This document shows, in pieces, positions 54,201 through 63,378 of a stretch of DNA of 64,000 nucleotides. How positions within the stretch are numbered: the stretch's first letter is position 1; each line of letters opens with the position of its first letter. The notes under the pieces are model-generated. The model did no database searches. It was not told the origin of the DNA and worked only from the letters and a program-made list of their open reading frames with translations. The position numbers were made by a program, and so were the translations under genes. Origin of the DNA: Amoebophrya sp. A120 (taxonomy: Eukaryota; Protista; Dinoflagellata); NCBI GenBank assembly GCA_905178155.1, contig CAJINV010000005.1, forward strand, positions 2,482,054 to 2,546,053, in the 5' to 3' direction.

Positions 54201-54459
54201 GTTGTGACCCAGTTTCCAACTGGCGCATGACAAATTTGGGTAGAACCGGCATCCAGTTTGTCATGCTGTTTGAGTAAGGAAGACGCCTTGTGTCATGCTA
54301 CTTTAGCAGCTCTATTTCTACCCCTCAACAGGCTTACAATCTACCTCCCTTGCCTACTCTGCAAGACAGGCATTTTGTGGGTTGCATTTTATGCATCACA
54401 AACTGTTTCAGTTTCAACTTTGACGATTTCAATCCTGACACTACCATACCTATCACTAG
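51220..54459 (+). CDS. Secreted Cys/Trp-rich module protein, paralog 3, ~8 introns
   Basis: Hydrophobic VVAATLLVLTGCSVG; CMCVG..HQDWIT..NDTIYGQLYE..YGEYCFAWED..RPRWCVQDWCYL..GPQCDNVADVT..WYSYDFCSYH*. The junction at ~52877-53150 is not precisely placed. Confidence 0.75.
51827..52089. mobile_element. Introner, family 1
   Basis: TSD ctgga/ctgga; family-1 TIRs. Confidence 0.93.
52137..52286. mobile_element. Introner, family 3
   Basis: TSD gcaga/gcaga; 150 bp. Confidence 0.9.
52364..52615. mobile_element. Introner with perfect 37-bp TIR (TATAACCCGCTCAGGTGTTACAATCTCAAACGTTACA)
   Basis: TSD ccaac/ccaac; inner TIR shares TCTCAAACGTTACA with 8043-8284. Confidence 0.95.
53331..53781. mobile_element. 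Introner, family 2 (long copy)
   Basis: TSD cgaga/cgaga; ends match 3376-3654. Confidence 0.85.
53841..54069. mobile_element. Introner, family 5 (TIR TATGANAGTGCNCAACTC..CCCTCATTTG)
   Basis: TSD cgtgg/cgtga; sister of 62973-63196. Confidence 0.88.
54131..54448. mobile_element. Introner (TIR core GTCAGGATTGAAATCGTCA)
   Basis: TSD cctat/cctat; inserted one codon before the inferred stop. Confidence 0.88.
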
Positions 54460-55581
54460 ATGAAGAAGGGGGCTAACTTGTAACGCTGGTGCTGTCTACG
54501 GTATCCGTACTGCATTAAAGTGTTTGTTTCTCCTTATCCAAAAACGGATTGACGGGACGAAGGAAAAGGCAAACCACCGCGGAAGAGGAGCCTGAACCAC
54601 ATTACCCGCAACTACACCGTGGAAACTACTAGCGAGTTGGAGGAGTCGTTTGTTAGGAAGGGTTGTGATTGGTTTAAAACTCCATCGATCAGCCGAAAAA
54701 GCTGTGCGCGCTTGTCTCTTTGTACTTGTTAGAAAGAAGTGCTACGTACAACATCACGTTTCTGTTTCTAAATGCGTTTCCATGGCACCGACCAGCACGG
54801 CAGAGGCAGATCTGTTGCCGAGCAATGACAAAATGCACATAAATGAAAAAACTGGTTTTCTCAGCTGCGTTAGCGTTCTCACTTTTTGTGAGTTTTCTGT
54901 GAAAAAATACAAGCCTTGTCCTTGTGCGAAAAAAATAAAGTTTCTCAATCATTTTGCATCAGTCGCTACCGCTAGCGAAGCTTTAAGTACGCTCCTGCAC
55001 ATGAAGATGAACCAAGCCTGCAGGGGCGCTTTTGTGAATCCAAAGAAGTTGTTTGAGGGTGGTGCGAGAAGCAGGTGCGGGGATTCGTGTCATGGTTCTT
55101 TTACGCTGATAAAGCGCAGCACTAGCTGGATACGTGTCTTTGTCGTTCTCCTGGAATCTTCCGACACTATTGCGTTTTTACCGTTGTATGTTGTAACCAA
55201 AAATGCTTCCCGCCGCAAGAAGAACCATTCTCAGTCTGAAATGACCTGCAGGTACGGAACTTTTCTGAATTTCCCTTGTTAAAACCAAAACGCAGCGTAC
55301 AAAAGACAGAATGTCATGCTCCCAGCATGTAGTTCCATTGAACCGCAAAGAGTGCCGCAAGCGGAGGGGATGCGGTGCCGGCTGCGAGCGACGTCGTGAT
55401 GCCCTGGTCTCTGTAGCGGGCTGATGATCTACTTCGTGGTCTGTCAGAACAAATAAACGCGAGCAGAATAAATAGCAGATACCGGCGGGAGAGGAAGATG
55501 AAAAGCAGCGGCGGTAGAAGCTCCTCATGTGTGGGTGCGCGCCGGTCCTCCGCTGTGTCAGTGGAGAATCTTCACCAGGCC

Positions 55582-58500
55582 ATGTCTGATGTGCGCACGA
55601 AGCCCTCAACAAGTACCTCTCGGGCTCTGGCGAAGGTTGCAGGGGCGGCGTTGCTCCTGCTCTTCGGCACTTCTGGTGGTCGAAGCAGCGTCCGCGCGAC
55701 GTCCGCGTTGTTGAACTTGCAGCAGAAAAAGGTACTAGACTCCGTCGGTGAAGAATTGAAGCGGACGAAAGCGCGGCGACGAACCCATCAGAGTTCCGGG
55801 ACGACGAGCGCCACTCTTGCTGGAAAAGAAATAGACGTGGACGACGAGCAGGACGAAACCAAGTCCACTTCTGCTTCCAAGTTGGATTTTCTCATCAGCT
55901 TCCTGCGAGAAAAGAACCTAGTCGGAGCTGCAGGCAGCCAGGAGCTTAGTACCTCTACTGCGAGGACTTCTGCCACTTCCAAAGCCGACGCCGAACGGGA
56001 GGAGAAAATGGCGGAGTTTCTCGAGCAATTTACTCCGGACGCCTACCTACGCACGCCCGACGAGCTGGACTCGCTGATGGAAACGTACCGGGAAAGTGTT
56101 CAGGTACGACGCATATGCATTGCAAATATAGTATGTCTGGGTCTGGAAGGATGCAGCTTGTGATGCTGCATTTGGATTCTATAAAAATCTGTATTGCGAT
56201 GTGAACAGCAAAAGAGGTCCAGTTTGTGCCACGGCGAGACCGCATTTCTCATGCGGTATAGGCATCAGGAAGCCCTCACAAAGCCTGTGATGCTGGGACA
56301 TGCATCGCAGACATCAGGAGTCATGCAAAATGTGCATGACCACAAACCTTGCATCCTGCCAGACCCAGACATATTTGCATTTGATAACGGAAGGAGGAAA
56401 AGGCTTCGGCTACTTCTGCAGAAGGGGAGAGGGAAGCGGGTATGAATGTTTTTGATAAAGGAATTTTTAGCTGCGAAGATTTTCTTCACATCGACATCTT
56501 TCGGTGGAGGTTTTTCCTGCTATTCGTATTCGTCGTATTCAGCATATTGATTCCGCTCCCGGATTGATGCCACTCGAAGATTTCTAGAATTCGACTGCTT
56601 CTAATTGCTAGCGGTTAGGCAGCGCGAAATGCAGAAACCGAAACGAACCATAGATCTTGCTGAAATTACATTCATTTCTTACTCTTACAACACCACCGAC
56701 ATCAGCGCTGTCCGCTCCCGCTGAACAAAACCGCCTGAACAAGGGCAGCACTGGTCGACACGTGCGGCATATGGAGAGAAAAAAGTTTGTCACAGTCACT
56801 AACTTGGAGGTTTTGCATTACAAATTTTTTTTAGCATCACAGCTTTTCCTTGTATTGCGGAACACTAAGGTAAATCCCGTATGCAGTTTGGCTGTGATGC
56901 ATGTTTACGCATGACAGGCATTTTTTGTATTGCAAAAATGCCCATGAGTGATCGCGACGAACTTTTTTCTTTTGATACGGCACTACTTCGCGCGCCAGCC
57001 CAGCGAGGAAGAAATCAAAGCGGCGAAGGAAAAACAGGCACAGGACCTGCTGTTGCGGAAGAAACGGGCGACCGCGGCAGCCGTGACGGAGCTCGAGGTG
57101 GCGCTGGACCCGGGTCTGTTCACGTTCGCACAGGCGGCCGGGGACTTTGACACGCACAGCACCGCGGACAAGGCCATGACCTACGGGACGCACTGGGACA
57201 GCCACTTATCAAATGTAAAAATGTCTGGGTCTGGAAACTTGTGATGCTGGGTGGCGTCTCATGATGAGGCTGCAAATGCTGGCTCAGCATGACAAGTTTC
57301 TGAGCTCCTAGGTGTTGCCTATTCTGCATGACAAACTGCGCTTCTGCATCACAGAAAAACGGAGCTCTTGGGTAACGTGCGTGACAGATTTAAGAGTCAT
57401 GCCAGACAAGCATGACAAACATGAATTCTTCCAGACCCAGACATTTTTACATTTGATACCACTTCTACATCAACGACACAGACCGGCTGGGGGCGAACGC
57501 CAACACGTGCAGCGGGCCCTCCTACGCCACGTTCTCCGGGTACTTTTGGTGGCAGGCACAGCTGAAGAACGGCGACACGCGGTATGTGGAGGAGGTGCGC
57601 ATTTTCAACCGGCGGCACCACGAGTCCGAACTGGACCGAGCCAGACTCTTGGTCGACGGCGATTCCTGGGACAGCGCGATGGACATCGGCTTTATTTCCT
57701 CGGACCCCGCGAACCTGGAGGAGAGTCTGTACTCGACGGGCGGCACCGTCGTGAAGGTGAAACGGATTCTAAACAAGTTCCGCATCCAGGACAAGGTCCG
57801 GTTTAGTCTGTGCGGAATTTTCGTTTACGGGGTCATGGAGCGCTACAACAGCACCGCCCTGACCGCCACGCAGGATTCCGCCGACGCGCAGGACGCGAAC
57901 ACGCACCTCTACCCTTTCAGTGCGGTTAACGGACGATACCCCCAGCTGGCGGGCACCATTTCAAAAACGGCGACTGGGGGCGGGAAAAAGGACCGATACT
58001 GGCAACTCACGTTCGCAGACGGGCAATCGATACGCATTGCAAAAGTTATCGTAGACTGGTAGGAATGATCGCAGGACAAATAATTTGCGCAGCGTGAGGA
58101 GTCCTCGGAGTGGAATTAATTTCGAATGCTGCCTGGTTTGGCTTAGAAAGAACATTTTTCATGCAGTAAGTAACGCGATTAGCCTCACCCTCACCCTTAG
58201 TATCTGCGTAATAAAGCTTTTGCAGTGGATACTCCCACTACGTGGACCAAATTCGTCTCATCAACCAGCGAGACACGGATTACCTCTCCAGCCTGTCTGT
58301 CTATTTCGACGCAGACGCCGATGCGACACCGGCAACAAACGCCGCTTTTTCGCTGAATGACGGAGTAGGACATTGAAAAGTGCTACGTCATGCACCAGAA
58401 AGGTTTGGCATAGATACTTCTACAAAATTCTTGTAAATGACATGCAACATGCTGTTGACAGAGAGACGTCAACTTTGAGTATGCTGCCAATTGTATGTAT

Positions 58501-60796
58501 GCATGGCACAACTAGGTAGTTTTAACCGTCCCACAACAACACTTCATGATGCGGAGACAAAAAACTTTTCCGTCCGACACCCTACCCGCACCGTCGACGG
58601 CTCCACGGTGATTTCTGCGAGACCGGGGGGAACCATGGTGAGGATCGAGCGCACCTTGCGCAAGATGAAGCTGCAGAACACCGCCGGGACGCTGGACGAT
58701 ATGGTCTCTCTCGCCGGTATCGAAGTCTACAAAAACACCACGGTGATCCGGTCCACCACCCCGGCCCCGGTTCCTGTGTTGGGCAAGTGCATGTGCGTCG
58801 GGATGTCCAATTTTACCGACGCAAAGTAAGGAGAGTGAAAACTTCGCCTCGTGTTTTTTCGTACGTCTTTTGACTTTTTCTTTTCCTCCCTTTGTCCTGG
58901 TCATGCACGACCGTTTCTTGCAGTCATGCTGGTATTGCATGTATTACAAAAACAAAAGCGTTGGACACGTAGCATGACAAAGAACACGAACAGACATTTG
59001 TGATGCGGTTTTCCTCACCTGCATACCACGCACGCCATCACAAATCCGGAGCACCAGGACTGGATAACAGCGAAAAATTCGGACTCCATAGCACCCCAGC
59101 TGCAGAACTTCAGCACACAGGTGCTGGACCCGCCAATCGATTTTGCCAACAGCAACGACACCATCTACGGTATCATTTGTAAAAACGTCCCCACATCACC
59201 ATAGTTGTAATGCAATTCTGCATGCTGAAGATAGATGTTTCTCATGCGGAGCCCAATGAGAAGCATTTGCTAGTCGTGATGCTGGTGAGCTAGCTAAACA
59301 GGAACACACTACGAAGCCAAACTTGTCATGCGCAACACCCAAGCCTTGTGAACTTGTCTAGCTGATTTTCCATCTTGACTATGGGGTGGGGACGTTTTTG
59401 CACAGGATATACGGCCGGCTTTACGAGTATAGAGCCACTTTGAAATAATTATCATGTCCCAATTATTTTTTTTCTGATCCTGCAGCATGCACTTGCTACT
59501 CCACCACCAAGGACACACTAGAACTGCTTAATGTTACAACCACCATGTATGTTGCAGCCGAGGCTTAAAATCAAAAACAGTTGTGATCTGATTAGCAAAG
59601 AATCGTGACCTCTAGCTCTAGCTCTACTGGTCTCCCCTAAACACATAAACGATGAAAATAAAACTTCTAAAGGACAAAGTACGGAGGAGCGCCCAACTAT
59701 GGAGAGTATTGCGTATCGCTGGAAGAAGACAATAAAAGCGCCCAATATGCAATCACCAGCAGGAGCAGCATGTTGATCTTGATGTTTGGCATGGACATGG
59801 TGAGTTGAAATTCGTGGCGGTCACTCATGTAGTGTTGTGAAAATAAATTCAGTAAGCATGCCATGCTTATTGCAATTGCATTCTGTTTCTGGTGCAGGAA
59901 TGATCGCGCACCATGCCAAATATGCAGCATTCCAGATTCATCAGTGGGACGATAACATTTTTCATCTTGATATCCTTTCGCCTGGGAAGACAACGCCAAG
60001 GAAAACACTGCCGGTGGCGCGTATGATGTAGGCAAAATTCGTCTTGCAGCAGATGTCTCAGATTCGTCATGCACGACTACTAGGGGTAAACTAAAAGCAA
60101 AAGGACAAGTTAAATCTACAAGTAAAAATAGTTGCGACACTACAAGTAAAAATCGGTGCCTCAAGAAGTTTTTGCCACGTGGATACAACCGGCACTAACA
60201 CGTACTACGGGAGATCGGCTATGAACGAAGATTGTAACGGAACCAGTACGGACCGCCCCAAGTGGTGCATGCAGGACTGGTGCTATCTGAAGTATGCCGA
60301 CCCTATCATCGCGCCCGATGGGGACATTGTGCAGCGAGACGCAAACAGCGGTCCAATGTGCGACAACGTTGCGGATGTAACCATCAGCAAGTATTTATGA
60401 GGGAGAAAATCAGGACGCTAGAATGGTCCTCAACACAAATCATCAGAAATTCTGGTCGTCTGCATCATCAAAGCCCTGCGCACAACTAAAAATTCTTCAA
60501 AGAACTACATTAGAATTCCTGGAGGACGAGACCACCTATGACTTAGAAGGTAAGTACTTATCAAATATTCAGATTTTTTCCTTTCCATACGCTTATCCTG
60601 TGCAAAAGTATCGTACTCGTATAAATGCAAGTCTTGTTGCGTATACAAATCTTGTTCCCAAGGCAAATCTGCATGACAAATTTTATTTCTCATGCTGGGG
60701 GAATTTGCAATGCATTTATACGAGTACGATACTTTTGCAATTCATAACGCTAAGGACTCCTTTATCTGGTACTCCTACGAGTTTTGCTCGCAGTAG
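55582..60796 (+). CDS. Secreted protein with two discoidin/F-type-lectin-like domains plus the Cys/Trp-rich module, paralog 4
   Basis: Signal-like AGAALLLLFG; N-terminus homologous to paralog 3 (LDFL..TP..YLRTP.EL). Lectin-like FWWQAQL..YVEEVRIFNR..SLCGIFVYG and YWQLTF..YVDQIRLINQR..SLAGIEVY. Then CMCVG..YGEYCFAWED..RPKWCMQDWCYL..WYSYEFCSQ*. Alternative ATG at 55498; two junctions approximate. Confidence 0.72.
56114..56386. mobile_element. Introner, family 1c
   Basis: TSD acgca/acgga; interior similar to 5812-6074 and 6783-7043. Confidence 0.9.
56770..56977. mobile_element. Introner (TIR core AGAAAAAAGTTYGTC..TCACT)
   Basis: TSD cggca/cggca. Confidence 0.85.
57207..57458. mobile_element. 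Introner, family 1a
   Basis: TSD ccact/ccact; perfect 30-bp TIR; 252 bp. Confidence 0.95.
58031..58231. mobile_element. Decayed introner
   Basis: tacgcattgcaaaag / cttttgcagtggata; element+5 nt keeps the frame. Confidence 0.65.
58827..59025. mobile_element. Decayed introner
   Basis: Flanks caaag/ccacg; removal gives DAKHAIT, matching uninterrupted DTKHAIT in paralog 3. Confidence 0.6.
59171..59409. mobile_element. Introner, family 2
   Basis: TSD tacgg/tacgg; aaaaacgtccccac / gtggggacgttttt. Confidence 0.88.
59714..59972. mobile_element. Decayed introner
   Basis: TATC...GATA ends; flanks ttgcg/tcctt; restores YCFAWED. Confidence 0.65.
60022..60185. mobile_element. Decayed introner
   Basis: ggcaaaa / ttttgcc residual TIR; TAT...ATA ends. 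Confidence 0.6.
60396..60589. mobile_element. Decayed introner abutting a younger copy
   Basis: tatgagggagaaaatc / gattttttcctttccata. Confidence 0.6.
60594..60746. mobile_element. Introner, family 3
   Basis: TSD acgct/acgct; 153 bp. Confidence 0.9.
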
Positions 60797-60811
60797 CGTA
60801 CTGAGCAGTCC

Positions 60812-61062
60812 TATCAAATGCAAAAATGTCTGGGTCTGGAAGGTTGAAACTTGTGATGCGCGTTTCAGAACACAGAAAAATCTCTCATGCATAGGCGGCA
60901 AAAGTTGCCCACTTTCTGTCACCACAATGGGGGATTTGTCATGCGGATTCGGCATGGCGAACGCTTCTCGGAACCTGTGGCGCTAGAGCTTCCATGCCAG
61001 ACCTTCTGTGTCATGCAAAAACAGCATGAGTCTTCCAGACCCAGACATTTTTACATTTGATA
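60812..61062. mobile_element. Family-1 element just downstream of a stop codon (probable 3' UTR)
   Basis: TSD agtcc/agtcc; family-1 TIRs; 15 nt after the TAG at 60796. Confidence 0.92.
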
Positions 61063-62266
61063 AGTCCCTCGAGTCGGTCAGCAGGAAGGTTCTGCAGGCG
61101 TGGTACCCGCGATCGGAAGATGCCACACGATCATACTTACCCAGGGATGAAAGTACCCACGGATGGACGGGCGAAACACGAGCGGAAGTGAACAAGAGGC
61201 GCCGGTTACAACTCGTGATCCATAACCTCGCAGATGGAATGAACCTCTGGAGAAGCAGCTGCAGCTGCATCCCTGCGGGATTGCAAGAAACGCACGGGTA
61301 GGAGCTGCAGGGGTGCGATCTTGCGGCCCAGAAGTCTATCTTGGCGATGTGGTGTGAGAAGAAGTTTGGCTCTGAGGTCAAGGTAGTTCTGCGTTTCTCA
61401 TTTCAGCACTGTCTGAAAAAGCTGGACGGTGAGATGAAGTCTGAGTTGTGCCAAGCAACAAAATGTAGAATCAACGGCGCAGGCCGGTTTCGGTTTCTTT
61501 TTCAAAGATAAAGAGGATTTGTTTCTTTGTTGTGTGTACTACACACAGCAAAAATGAAAATGTACCAAAGAAGATTTGTATGCAAAGGAAAAGATGACCA
61601 TGATGAAAAAAAGAAGACCACGGCCGACACCTCGACCTGTATTCTGTGCTACAACGTGGGGGCCCAGACACGAGCTACGAAAATTGCCTATGTCGTTTTC
61701 TTCTCTATTACTTCCTCAGTTTATGACTCAGTCTTAGTTCGGGGAATTTTTTGTCTGATGTAGAGGTTGAGGACCGCAAATAACTCCGTCTTTGTGCGTC
61801 CCATGAGAGGACAAAATTACACAGCTGAGACCTTGCGGACACGCTATTGTTAAAAGAAAAAAACGCGAACCCCAACTTGTCCGCAGAGCGATGTTGACGG
61901 GGAGGGGGGCTACAAGAGGGGTTTGTTCTAGCACTTTCGCAGTCAGGGATTTATGAACGCCGAACAAACTTTTACTCTACGAATTGCAATTATGTCGATC
62001 GGCTTGCTGATGCCGACCAAATTATCTGCCGTTCTTCACAGCAGAAAAGAAAACATATCATCATGGCGAACACGACGGGTCTGAGCGTTGTACCTGAAAC
62101 GTACTTTCCAAGGAAGAGGCGAAGAAGGAGGAAGGCAGGGGCTCCAGGTGCTGGCGTCCTCTCCGTTACAACACTGCTTGCATCAGGTGCTCTCAACACT
62201 AGTTGCGGATCAAGCTCCATGATGAAACAAGCGCATCCTCCTGCAGGGGCGGCCGCGATTTATTTG

Positions 62267-63378
62267 ATGCAGCTTGTTTTCTCACCTCGCTTGCTGTTCG
62301 CGCTTTTATTTTCAAGCTGCGGCTTGTTCAACGTTCTCGGCACGGGTGCGTTGTTTGTGAAAAAAAGGACGAACGCGTGGTCTTCTACTTCTGGTGCCGC
62401 TGACAACTACACGAAGACCCGTCGTGCTGGTGCAACAGCCCTCGTGGACCACGACAAGAGTGGCCACAAAGTGGCTGCAACTTCGACTGCATTGGGCAGG
62501 AGTCGCAAGATGCAGAACAAGTCTCAGGACGACAAGAAGCCCTGCGTGTGTGTGAACGAAGGTGACGACAAGTTTACCCAGGCTGCGGGTGACGCTCCGG
62601 GGCAGTATTGGCTGAACGCAACTGGGATCCAGGACACTGCTTACGGAAAGGAATACGAGTATAATTATGTGTTTTTGATTTGTTGACATGAAAAATGTGC
62701 TGGTGCTGGGATGATTTTTTGAGACCACGCTACAAGAATTTGCCAGAGCGTACAATTTGTTTCAAATTTAATTCATCATTCCTACGGTGGCAGGTGAAGA
62801 AAAATCATCTTCTTTCTTCAATGAAAACAGAGGCACCTTCGGCGGCAAAGGCGATTACGGCGAGTACTGTTTTGCGTGGGAGGATGAGGTGGTCGGCGGG
62901 AAGGCCGGTACCAACCAGGACTGCCGGGGCACGGACGACGACCGGCCAAGCTGGTGTGTGGAGAAGTGGTGCTACGTGAAGGAAGCAGATTCTCCCTTCC
63001 CCTCATTTGTCATGCAAAATGCCTAATTTACGCCTCGGCTCTTGGCACTGTTTGCATGACAAGTTCTGGCGCGACCCCAAATAGCACTACACTCCTGTTC
63101 AAATTTGTCATGCGAAATCTGCATTCTTGCTGACGCTTGTATTGCTTTTCATGCAATAGTACAAGTGAGGGGGAGGGGGAGTTGTGCACTTTCATAGTTG
63201 CTACGTGAAGGAAGCAGATTCCACCACCGCAGCGATTGACGCGACGGAGGCGCCGGACTGCGCGAATTTGGACGACGTCGTGAAGGCGACGTATGGTGCC
63301 AACCCGTCCATGGACCTCTACTACTCCTTCAAGTACTGCACGACAACCACGACCACTACCACGATCGAGGCTGGGTAG
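62267..63378 (+). CDS. Secreted Cys/Trp-rich module protein, paralog 5 (~236 aa)
   Basis: Exons 62267-62658, 62831-62971, 63201-63378, in frame. Signal-like MQLVFSPRLLFALLFSSC; CVCVN..YGEYCFAWED..RPSWCVEKWCYV..PDC..YYSFKYC. An upstream in-frame ATG exists at 62063. Confidence 0.78.
62973..63196. mobile_element. Introner, family 5, left terminus replaced by exon-like sequence
   Basis: Right end ggagttgtgcactttcata matches family 5; 23-bp direct repeat at 62970-62992 and 63199-63221. Confidence 0.8.

Noticed and set aside
54650-55282. 210-aa + strand ORF between paralogs 3 and 4
   Set aside because: Non-ATG start, AT-rich intergenic composition, no motifs.
61068-61763. Coding-looking stretch after the 3' UTR element
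   Set aside because: In-frame stop, no start or recognisable domain; cannot support a gene or pseudogene call.
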